Part shown: positions 56,492 through 64,000 of the stretch, in pieces | Numbering within the stretch: position 1 is the stretch's first letter | How the letters are laid out: the number at the start of each line of letters is the position of its first letter | Virus record (IMG/VR): IMGVR_UViG_3300044814_000017 | Coordinates: 6,209 to 70,208 of that record | Origin: a virus | DNA length: 64,000 bases | Strand: one strand, 5' to 3' | Notes under the pieces: model-generated | The model's database searches: none | Told to the model about the DNA's origin: nothing | The model's input: the letters and a program-made list of their open reading frames with translations, nothing else | Translations under genes and position numbers: made by a program

Positions 56492-56964
56492 TGCTGGTAA
56501 CGCTTCCCGTTCGCAAGGCCACTCCAAAGGACAGGCCTTCCATCATGGAGATGTGCGCGGAAAATCACCGCGACAACGGGCAATTCTCGCTCTCGCTTCG
56601 CAAGGTAGAAGCGACGGTGGATAAGGCATTTAATGGCGGCGGGGCCGTTATCGGAGTAGTAGGCTCCGGACAAGTTGAGGGCCTTATCCTCTTGGAAATC
56701 GGGCAGTTCTGGTACACTGACGATTGGTGTTTGGAAGAAAAAGAGAATTACGTCCGTCCTCAATATCGAAAATCAACTCACGCTAAGGATATGATCCGCT
56801 TTGGAAAGCGGTGTTCGGATGAACTAGGTATCCCTCTCGTGATTGGTGTGGTATCCAATGAACGTACACGGGCCAAAATGGAGTTGTACCGTAGGGAACT
56901 TGGCGACTCCGTTGGCGGATATTTTTTTCATCGCCCTGCAGGCGCAGCGGCATTGACAGCATAG
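56491..56964 (+). CDS. GNAT-fold protein preceding the ejection proteins
   Basis: VRKATPKD, YVRPQYRKS; usual podoviral position. Confidence 0.7.
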   Translation: MLVTLPVRKATPKDRPSIMEMCAENHRDNGQFSLSLRKVEATVDKAFNGGGAVIGVVGSGQVEGLILLEIGQFWYTDDWCLEEKENYVRPQYRKSTHAKDMIRFGKRCSDELGIPLVIGVVSNERTRAKMELYRRELGDSVGGYFFHRPAGAAALTA

Positions 56965-56988
56965 CGCGCCGCTATGTGAAAATGGACG

Positions 56989-59850
56989 TTGGGAAAAGGG
57001 TCGCAGACTACTACAAATCAAACATCGTCATCCGCTGACCCGCAGGCCGCACAAGCCTATCGCGATCTTCTGACCCGTGCGCAAGGCGTGGCATCGACGC
57101 CATATCAGGCCTACACGGGCGAGCTAACTGCTCCGGTCAACGCCCAGCAACAGTTAGGCATCGGCAACATTAATCAAAATGCCAATTTCGCGCAGCCGTT
57201 TGTACAGCAGGCGGCAGGAATTGCATCTGGAGCGGCGAATCCACTAACGCAGCAACAAATCCAGCAATACCAGAATCCTTATACGCAGAATGTTGTTGAC
57301 GCGACGCAGGCGCAGTTCAATCGGAACAATGCGCAGCAGCAGGAGGCGTTAAAGGGCAACCAGATCGCTTCTGGGGCGTTCGGAGGCAACCGGAACGGCA
57401 TTGGTGCGGCGAATCTATCGAGCCAACAGGCGACGCAGCAAAATCCAATCATCGCGGGGCTGTATTCCAATTCCTATAATCAGGGTGTGGCTACAGCCGG
57501 ACAGCAGTTCCAGCAGAATCCGCTTGCGGCGGGGAATGCCATTGCGAATTTTGGCTTATCTGGACAGGGTGCCGCGCTGTCTGGCGCTGGGGCACAACTC
57601 GGGGCTGGCACGCTGCAGCAGCAGACGCAGCAGCAGGCCGATACGGCGAGATATGGCCAATATGCGCAAGGACAGGCCTTTCCGTATCAGCAGGCTCAAT
57701 GGCTCGCCGGCATTGGTACTGGCGTGGGTTCGCAATTGGGCGGCACGTCCAGCGGTTCAACCACGGGGCCGGCTCCGAATCAATTCGCGCAATACGCTGG
57801 GGCTGGTCTGGCGGCGGCAGGGCTTTTCCTCAATCGCGGTGGACGTGTCGGCTATGCTGATGGCGGCGGCGTGGTGCCGATGCACATGGCGGATGGCGGC
57901 ATGCCGGGAACGCCATGGTCGCAAGGCGTCGGCTGGATTCCGCAGATGAATATCCATCCGGGGTCCGGTGCCCCGAAGGGAGTTGCCCCGTCTTTGCAGA
58001 ACCCGCAGTCCAATTTCGATCCGGTCAAGTTCGCGCAGGGAATTACCGGGCTTGGTACTAAGGGCGGTTCGGATGGATGGGGCAACCGAATAGGGTCATA
58101 TTTCAATCCAGATGCCTATGGCGGCGGGAATGGAGTTTACGGCGGGTCGAGTTCTAGCCCGTTGGCTGGCCTTGATGCGTCGGATTATGGGGCCGGATAT
58201 GCCCATGGTGGCGGTGTGGCGGCGGGCTACGCGGGCGGCGGTGCTCCCGACGACGTGATGAGCGGCGACCCGTCATGGACTTATCCGGACGTGGGAATGG
58301 GTTATCCCCAGCATGGCGTTGGCCCTATCTCGTTCAATGAACGGGCTGAACCTGTGCGGCAAGCCATTGCCGGTGGCAATTTTGACCCCATGGGGGGCAA
58401 TTCCACTGAATTTCGCGGAACTCGGGGGATGGAAACCGCCAATGCTGGCGTAGTCCCCCTTCCGAATGCCCGCCCCAAGGGCATAGGAGCGCCTGCGGTG
58501 GCTGAGGACGATGAGGAGGGAGGTGTACCTCCCCCAGCCGTTCGCAGCGCTGGCGTGGCTCCTGCGGGCGGCGTAGCGGCCTTTGCACCTGAGGGGGTTG
58601 GTTCCTATCGAAACATGCCGGACGCTGTTACTCGTCCTCAGGACAAGTCCGGCTTTGGGCTGGGCGTTTTGGCCCCGAATACCAAAACCGGCTTACTCGC
58701 CGCTGGCCTAGGCATGCTGGCGTCCAGGTCTCCGAACCTCGGCAACGCGATCGGGGAAGGCGGTATTGCTGGCGTGACGGCCTACGGCAATGCCAACGAG
58801 GCAGACCGCAAGGCTATCGCGGAGGCGGAAAAGTTATCCCGCGAGGCGTGGAAAACGTCGGAGGATTTGCGGTTGCGCGGTGCGACGCAGGCGGAAACTG
58901 GACGCCATAATTTGGCTACCGAAAAACAAGCTGTCATCAGTTCGGACAAGACAAAATTCATTCCGGCTGGATCAACCATTACCGCTGATGGGGCCTATCA
59001 TCCGCTGGTGCTTGATCAGGCGTCCGGCAAAGTTATCGACGCCGTTACCGGCAAAGCGCCAAATGCTGGTGACAAGGTTCAACCGAAAGACCAGAAGGGC
59101 GGTCCAATTAGTGACGAGGACGCCAAGTCGATTGCTGAATACTACGTCAAGACAGGCGACAATTCGCGGTTGAACGGTCTCGGCATCACGAGCGCGGCAC
59201 GGCAGGCGGTCCAGAAGCAAATTCGCGAAACGATGGACCGCGAGAAGGTTTCGCCTGAGGAAATGGGAACGCGCGTTGCGGAGTTTGCGGGCCGGAAAGC
59301 TGGCCAGCGTACTCTTAGCGTTCAGGAAGCCAAAATGGGCAGTGCGGCGTTCGAAGCAGAGGGCGCAATCAAGCAGGCCCGTGGCGTTATCGAAAGGTTG
59401 CCGCGCACTTCATTCTTGCCGCTTAACCAGTTGATCGAAGGATACAGCAACAAAACGCTCAATCCAGATCAGACAGAACTTTATGGACGTACTCAGGCCA
59501 TCGTAAACACTTACGCTGCGGTGATGGCACGCGGCTCTAACATCACGACCGTTTCTGCACAAAATCACGCTGAGAACTTGCTGAAAACGGCTGGTAATCC
59601 GGAGACGTTTAACCGCATGCTCGATACGATGCTGCAGGAAATTAATATGGCGAAACACTCCCCAGCAAAAATGCGGGAGTTTTATCGTCAACAGTATGGC
59701 GAGAAAGCCGTTGCGCCGGATGGCGGCTCTGCACCCGCCGCAGCAAGTGGTTTCACCCCCCCGCCCGGTGCGCTCCCCGGCAAGCCCGACCAAAACGGAA
59801 AGGTCTGGTACTATGATCCCGCCACCAAACAACCGTATCCGGGGCAGTGA
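56989..59850 (+). CDS. Internal virion / DNA ejection protein
   Basis: MGKGSQTT start, YQNPYTQNVV, GAFGGNR, Gln/Gly/Ala-rich, five GG motifs. Confidence 0.8.
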   Translation: MGKGSQTTTNQTSSSADPQAAQAYRDLLTRAQGVASTPYQAYTGELTAPVNAQQQLGIGNINQNANFAQPFVQQAAGIASGAANPLTQQQIQQYQNPYTQNVVDATQAQFNRNNAQQQEALKGNQIASGAFGGNRNGIGAANLSSQQATQQNPIIAGLYSNSYNQGVATAGQQFQQNPLAAGNAIANFGLSGQGAALSGAGAQLGAGTLQQQTQQQADTARYGQYAQGQAFPYQQAQWLAGIGTGVGSQLGGTSSGSTTGPAPNQFAQYAGAGLAAAGLFLNRGGRVGYADGGGVVPMHMADGGMPGTPWSQGVGWIPQMNIHPGSGAPKGVAPSLQNPQSNFDPVKFAQGITGLGTKGGSDGWGNRIGSYFNPDAYGGGNGVYGGSSSSPLAGLDASDYGAGYAHGGGVAAGYAGGGAPDDVMSGDPSWTYPDVGMGYPQHGVGPISFNERAEPVRQAIAGGNFDPMGGNSTEFRGTRGMETANAGVVPLPNARPKGIGAPAVAEDDEEGGVPPPAVRSAGVAPAGGVAAFAPEGVGSYRNMPDAVTRPQDKSGFGLGVLAPNTKTGLLAAGLGMLASRSPNLGNAIGEGGIAGVTAYGNANEADRKAIAEAEKLSREAWKTSEDLRLRGATQAETGRHNLATEKQAVISSDKTKFIPAGSTITADGAYHPLVLDQASGKVIDAVTGKAPNAGDKVQPKDQKGGPISDEDAKSIAEYYVKTGDNSRLNGLGITSAARQAVQKQIRETMDREKVSPEEMGTRVAEFAGRKAGQRTLSVQEAKMGSAAFEAEGAIKQARGVIERLPRTSFLPLNQLIEGYSNKTLNPDQTELYGRTQAIVNTYAAVMARGSNITTVSAQNHAENLLKTAGNPETFNRMLDTMLQEINMAKHSPAKMREFYRQQYGEKAVAPDGGSAPAAASGFTPPPGALPGKPDQNGKVWYYDPATKQPYPGQ

Positions 59851-62696
59851 TGAAACATCATGCGCCCGGCATATCGCAGCGGTTCCTAAAGTTGATCGCC
59901 TATGATCCGCTTGCAGGATTGTCTCGACCAAAGAAGCGCCGTGCGGATGGCGGTCGCGTAAGTCTTGCCGAGCAAATCGTCGAGCAGGCTAAGGCCGTTG
60001 ATACTGATCCGAGCGAAGGCCAGAAGATCGCAGGAAACTACAAAAAGGGGCATGTGAAGGTTCATGGCCTTGATATCTCAATTGAGAACCCGCGCGGGTC
60101 ATATCGAAGCGGAGTTGCTGATGGCAAGCCGTGGAAATCTCGCCTCCCGAATCACTATGGTTATCTCAGGAAAACGGAAGGCGGCGATGGACAGCACGTT
60201 GATGTCTATTTGGGACCGCACCTGAAAAGCCCGCATGTATTTGTGATTGACCAGCATGAACTAGGGTCTGGTCTGTGGGATGAGCATAAATGCCTCATCG
60301 GTTTTGGCAGTAAGACGCAGGCCCGTGAGGCGTATCATCGCGCATTCTCGGATGGGAAAGGGAAAGACCGTATCGGCCATATCGAGACGATGACGGTGGA
60401 TGGATTCAAATCGTGGCTACGCGATGGGGACACTACTAAGCCCGTCAAAGGCCATCGCGAACGCTTTGCTGCTGGCGGTGCTGTTGATGAGCCTGAGCCG
60501 ATGGCTGGCGGCGGTGCTCCTCCCTATGAACCGCCAGATGCGGAAGGACCGCCGCCGTATGAACCGGCCCAACCAGACATGGGCGGCATGAAGGCCGCAT
60601 GGCAGGGTGCAAAATCTGGTGCCACGTTCAATTTTAGCGATGAAATTGCTGGGGCGCGCGGTGCGGCTCCGAAAATACCAGGCACGGATAGGGACATCCC
60701 TGAATTTATTGGCCCCATTCCGGCACGCACTATCGCTGGCGCGGGTCGTCTTGGCCTTAACGCCATCACCGGCAACGACCATGAAGCCGTAGCCGCATAT
60801 GAGAGAGCGCGCGACGAGGAGCGCGCTGCGAATGAATTGGCCCAAAAGCAACATCCGTATTTGCATGGGGCTGGTCAAATCGCCGGATCACTTCCTGCTA
60901 TGGCCATATTACCGGAGTTAGGTGCAGCACGTGCGCTTGCGCCAACGGCTGGGCGTCTCGCCAAGTTTGGAGCCACGGTTGCCGATTCTGCCGCTTTGGG
61001 TGGTGAGTACGGAGCGCTATCTGGTGCTGGAGAGGGCAAGGATGTGGGCGACCGTGCCATGCATGCCGCAGAGGGTATCGTTTCCGGAATCGTTGGGGGT
61101 GCCGCAGCGCCAGTAGTAGGGGCTGGCGCTGGTGCGGCATACGATAAGTTCGGCAAACCAATCGTGGGTGCTGTACGAGGTTGGGTTAACCCCGAGGCTG
61201 AAGCAGCGCGGCGCTTGGCGACTGCGTTGCGGGCTGATCAAGAATTGATTGCGCAGGGCAAGGCGCAAGGCATGTCGTCGCAGGAATGGACTGCGGCACG
61301 TCAAGCCGGCGAACCCGTGACCTTAGCCGAACTCGGATCAAGCAATACGCAGGCGCTGTTACGGTCTGCTGCGAATACGTCTCCTGAGGGACGCGCGATG
61401 CTTGAGAAAGTAATCAACGATCGGTTCGCGGGGCAGTCCGAGCGGGTCGCCGAAGACGTGCGAGGGTTGGTCGCGGGCGGCGCCAATGCCCATAAGACCG
61501 GAGATCAGCTAATTGCCGAATATGACCGCGCTCGGGTGCCCGCCTATAAACAGGCGTACCGGGATGGCGATAGGGAAATCATTTCACCTGCGATAGAGCG
61601 GTTGATGGGTAGCCCTTTGTTCGAGGGGGCTATGAAATCGGCCGTTACCAGCGGTAAAGACCGCGCTGTTATGGAAGGATATGGCGCGTTCAATCCGGGC
61701 GTGAGTGTTGAAAACGGCATGATCAAATTCTCCAATACCAAGCCGAACGGCGTGCCGGTTTACCCAAACCTGCAGTACTGGGATGCGGTCAAGAAAGAGC
61801 TTGATGGCGTAGCCTCAATGGCAAGGCGCTCCGGAGACCCCAAAGGCGACGTTGCAGCCAATATGTCAAAGGTACTGCGAGGTGAATTAGACCAAGCCGT
61901 GCCGTCCTACGGCAACGCCAGGGGTATTGCGGCGCAATATTTCGGTGAAAGCAACGCGCTTGAGGCAGGACAGAAACTCGCCGGCAAGAAGGTTGATCCA
62001 AAAGTTATTCGCGATGTTATGGCGAAGATGAAACCGGATGAGCGGGAATTGTTTCGCGAGGGGTATGCCTCGGATTGGGCCGGCCGCGTAATCGGCAACA
62101 TCAGCGAAAGCCGCGATATCACCAAGGCGATGTTCAATTCTCCGAACGAGCGGGCTAGAGCAATGGCTGTGTTTGGTCCCGGTGGCATGGCGAAGATGGA
62201 AGCGCGGATGTCCTTGGAAACCATCATGGATGGTGCTCGCAAGGCGATGGGGAATTCTACCACGGCACGGCAATTGATTGAGGCTGGATTGGCTGGGGGC
62301 GCTATTGAAGGGTACATGACCGGCGATTGGCATAGTGCCGCTACACACGGGATCATGGGGGGTCTTGCTGGGGCGGGGCTTGGGCATAGTGCGATGGCAC
62401 GTGGTGCCGTAGGGCAAGTGGCAGCAGGAGCAAGCAAGTTGATTGGCAAGGTCAATGGCAAGATGGCCGCCCATGTCGCCGAACTGCTTACGTCGAATGA
62501 CCCCACCAAACTCCAGCAAGGCTTACGGATGGCGCAGAAAAATCAGAAGATTGCGGACGGTCTTCGTGATATAGCTAACCGGATGGCACTCGCTGGGCAG
62601 ACAAAGGCCATCCCTCACTTCAATATGTCGGGATGGTCTGGTAGCATACCAGCACACGGCGAAGATCAGCAGCAGGCTCCAAGGATAGTCCAATAG
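59847..62696 (+). CDS. Internal virion protein with N-terminal inorganic pyrophosphatase-like domain
   Basis: QKIAGNYKKGH, IENPRGS.RSG, HYGY, DGQHVDV, DEHK; Ala/Gly-rich helical remainder. Confidence 0.85.
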   Translation: MMKHHAPGISQRFLKLIAYDPLAGLSRPKKRRADGGRVSLAEQIVEQAKAVDTDPSEGQKIAGNYKKGHVKVHGLDISIENPRGSYRSGVADGKPWKSRLPNHYGYLRKTEGGDGQHVDVYLGPHLKSPHVFVIDQHELGSGLWDEHKCLIGFGSKTQAREAYHRAFSDGKGKDRIGHIETMTVDGFKSWLRDGDTTKPVKGHRERFAAGGAVDEPEPMAGGGAPPYEPPDAEGPPPYEPAQPDMGGMKAAWQGAKSGATFNFSDEIAGARGAAPKIPGTDRDIPEFIGPIPARTIAGAGRLGLNAITGNDHEAVAAYERARDEERAANELAQKQHPYLHGAGQIAGSLPAMAILPELGAARALAPTAGRLAKFGATVADSAALGGEYGALSGAGEGKDVGDRAMHAAEGIVSGIVGGAAAPVVGAGAGAAYDKFGKPIVGAVRGWVNPEAEAARRLATALRADQELIAQGKAQGMSSQEWTAARQAGEPVTLAELGSSNTQALLRSAANTSPEGRAMLEKVINDRFAGQSERVAEDVRGLVAGGANAHKTGDQLIAEYDRARVPAYKQAYRDGDREIISPAIERLMGSPLFEGAMKSAVTSGKDRAVMEGYGAFNPGVSVENGMIKFSNTKPNGVPVYPNLQYWDAVKKELDGVASMARRSGDPKGDVAANMSKVLRGELDQAVPSYGNARGIAAQYFGESNALEAGQKLAGKKVDPKVIRDVMAKMKPDERELFREGYASDWAGRVIGNISESRDITKAMFNSPNERARAMAVFGPGGMAKMEARMSLETIMDGARKAMGNSTTARQLIEAGLAGGAIEGYMTGDWHSAATHGIMGGLAGAGLGHSAMARGAVGQVAAGASKLIGKVNGKMAAHVAELLTSNDPTKLQQGLRMAQKNQKIADGLRDIANRMALAGQTKAIPHFNMSGWSGSIPAHGEDQQQAPRIVQ

Positions 62697-62776
62697 CACC
62701 CAAACCAGAGCGAAGAGAATAGCCATGGCCTTCATTAACACGTTATACAATTTGTGACCTCACGGAGATTCGGTCA

Positions 62777-62992
62777 ATGCCAATTGATCAACCGCCAGTA
62801 ATCGCAGAACAAGTGAAGCCGGGAAAACACTTTTCTGTTCACGATGGGCGTGGTGGATGGTGGGCACACATTGAAGGCCGGGCCTATCCATTCGGAGCAT
62901 GGCGCATGGATCGCGGTCCTTACCCGTTTAAATGGATGGCCGAACTAGAGTTTCCTATTGAACGGTTAACTCCGGATGGGCCGCGTCGATAA
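62777..62992 (+). CDS. Small Trp-rich hypothetical protein
   Basis: GGAG RBS; 71 aa. Confidence 0.5.
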   Translation: MPIDQPPVIAEQVKPGKHFSVHDGRGGWWAHIEGRAYPFGAWRMDRGPYPFKWMAELEFPIERLTPDGPRR

Positions 62993-63034
62993 TAACCCGC
63001 AGCGCGACGGTATCGCGTGAGACTGGAGAACAAA

Positions 63035-63397
63035 ATGACGCCGAACGTAGAACAGGTCAAAAGCGCCTTACGATGGTTGATAACCACGTTCGGCGGTTTA
63101 GTCGCCGGATGGTTTGCGGCCAAGGGCTGGTTTACCATCGATCAGGTTACCAGCGTACTCAACAGTCCCACGACGATATCGATCATCGCGTCGGTTGCCG
63201 CTGGCGTATGGGGGGTAGTTACGCACACCCAAACCAACGCCGTAGCGGTGGTGGATACGATCGCCAAGCAACCGGATTCTCCGGTCAAGGCTGTGGTAAC
63301 CGAACCGACGACAGAGGGTCGCGATCTTGCCGCCGCCATGCCGGGCAATACGACCGTGGTAGCGGGTTCGCAGGCAGCCGCAACGGTGGCGTCATGA
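63035..63397 (+). CDS. Putative holin
   Basis: Two hydrophobic helices; GGAG RBS; precedes a lipoprotein gene. Confidence 0.6.
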   Translation: MTPNVEQVKSALRWLITTFGGLVAGWFAAKGWFTIDQVTSVLNSPTTISIIASVAAGVWGVVTHTQTNAVAVVDTIAKQPDSPVKAVVTEPTTEGRDLAAAMPGNTTVVAGSQAAATVAS

Positions 63398-63777
63398 AAC
63401 GCATCATCCTCGCCGTCACGCTGGCGCTATCTCTCGGGGGCTGCGCCACGCTTGGCGTCATCCAGCAAGTCGGGACCGCTACCGTGCCGGCCACTGTGGT
63501 TATTCCCACCGCAAATGCTTTCGACGTGCTCAAGGGCACCGCGACGAATTACGGAAAATACTGTATCCAGCAGAAGATGGTTCCTGCGATATGTTCGGCT
63601 GCTGCGCGCCGCGCCGTCATCAAGTTTGTCCGCTCCGGAACTTCTGCGCGCAACCAACTGGAGGGCAGCCTAGACAGGGGAGAGCCTGCCGCAGCATCGG
63701 TCTATAATTTGCTGGTAGCCGCCGTGCAGGGCTTGCAAGGCACGCCAGCGGCCACATTCCAAAGGAGCACACCATGA
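63394..63777 (+). CDS. Lipoprotein, possibly spanin-related
   Basis: MKRIILAVTLALSLGG-C lipobox; ATGA overlap. Confidence 0.7.
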   Translation: MKRIILAVTLALSLGGCATLGVIQQVGTATVPATVVIPTANAFDVLKGTATNYGKYCIQQKMVPAICSAAARRAVIKFVRSGTSARNQLEGSLDRGEPAAASVYNLLVAAVQGLQGTPAATFQRSTP

Positions 63778-64000
63778 ACATCGCAGATATGATAGGTCCC
63801 GTTGATGTCTATTCCGCTGGCGTGGCAGTGGCATTCACCGGAGGCGCGACAATCACGTTGTCGATCTTGCTGGCACGTTTTCAGACGCGCCGCAAAACCG
63901 ATCAAGAGTTTGAGCTTGAGAAGCTAAAACTGATCAACCAAGAGGCCGTTAACGTTCGCCAATCAAATGTTGACCGCGAAGTGAAGCTAGGCCAGATCGC

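Larger units (their letters stand above)
1..64000. mobile_element. Tailed phage/prophage genome segment, podovirus-like, probable alphaproteobacterial host
   Basis: Terminase, portal, major capsid, tail fibre, ejection and replication genes in phage order; no host housekeeping genes; no integrase or att site visible in the window. Confidence 0.95.

Noticed and set aside
59847-59930. HNH-like N-terminal remnant (LIAYDPLAG) on the last ejection protein
   Set aside because: Resemblance is too short and the true start is uncertain
56989-62696. Tape measure proteins
   Set aside because: No tail tube or tail assembly chaperone genes; the nozzle-GNAT-large protein order fits podoviral ejection proteins
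62700-64000. Missing endolysin as an anomaly
   Set aside because: The window ends inside the lysis region, so the gene may lie outside it

Overview
The whole window is one contiguous tailed-phage (or prophage) genome segment, probably infecting an alphaproteobacterium (GcrA-like and GapR-like genes, CtrA-type boxes, an alphaproteobacterial-style tRNA). It looks podovirus-like: nozzle, adaptor and ejection proteins are present and there is no tape measure or tail tube. Order: leftward early genes (1-2733); divergent promoters and a Cro-like HTH; a replication/modification block (RusA, SNF2-type helicase, N4/N6 methyltransferase, split primase-helicase, Gp37Gp68, C5 methyltransferase); an accessory small-gene array with a lone tnpB and two tRNA genes lying inside a reading frame; ParB-like, terS, terL, portal, GroES, scaffold, glycosyltransferase, capsid, tail and ejection genes; and the start of a lysis region. 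Two insertions have boundaries readable at base resolution. (1) A 962-bp transposase-less cassette (perfect 32-bp inverted repeats, 8-bp target duplication) splits a dual-frame C5 methyltransferase. (2) A 3449-bp IS1-family cargo element (8-bp duplication; truncated transposase, adenine methyltransferase, HTH, HicB-like pair) splits an FkbM-type gene. Other leads: a GG motif repeated about 18 times in five late proteins, signal peptides on the tail fibre and its three downstream neighbours, and a tnpB with a rearranged RuvC inserted at a start codon. All family assignments come from motif recognition by eye; no database search was run.
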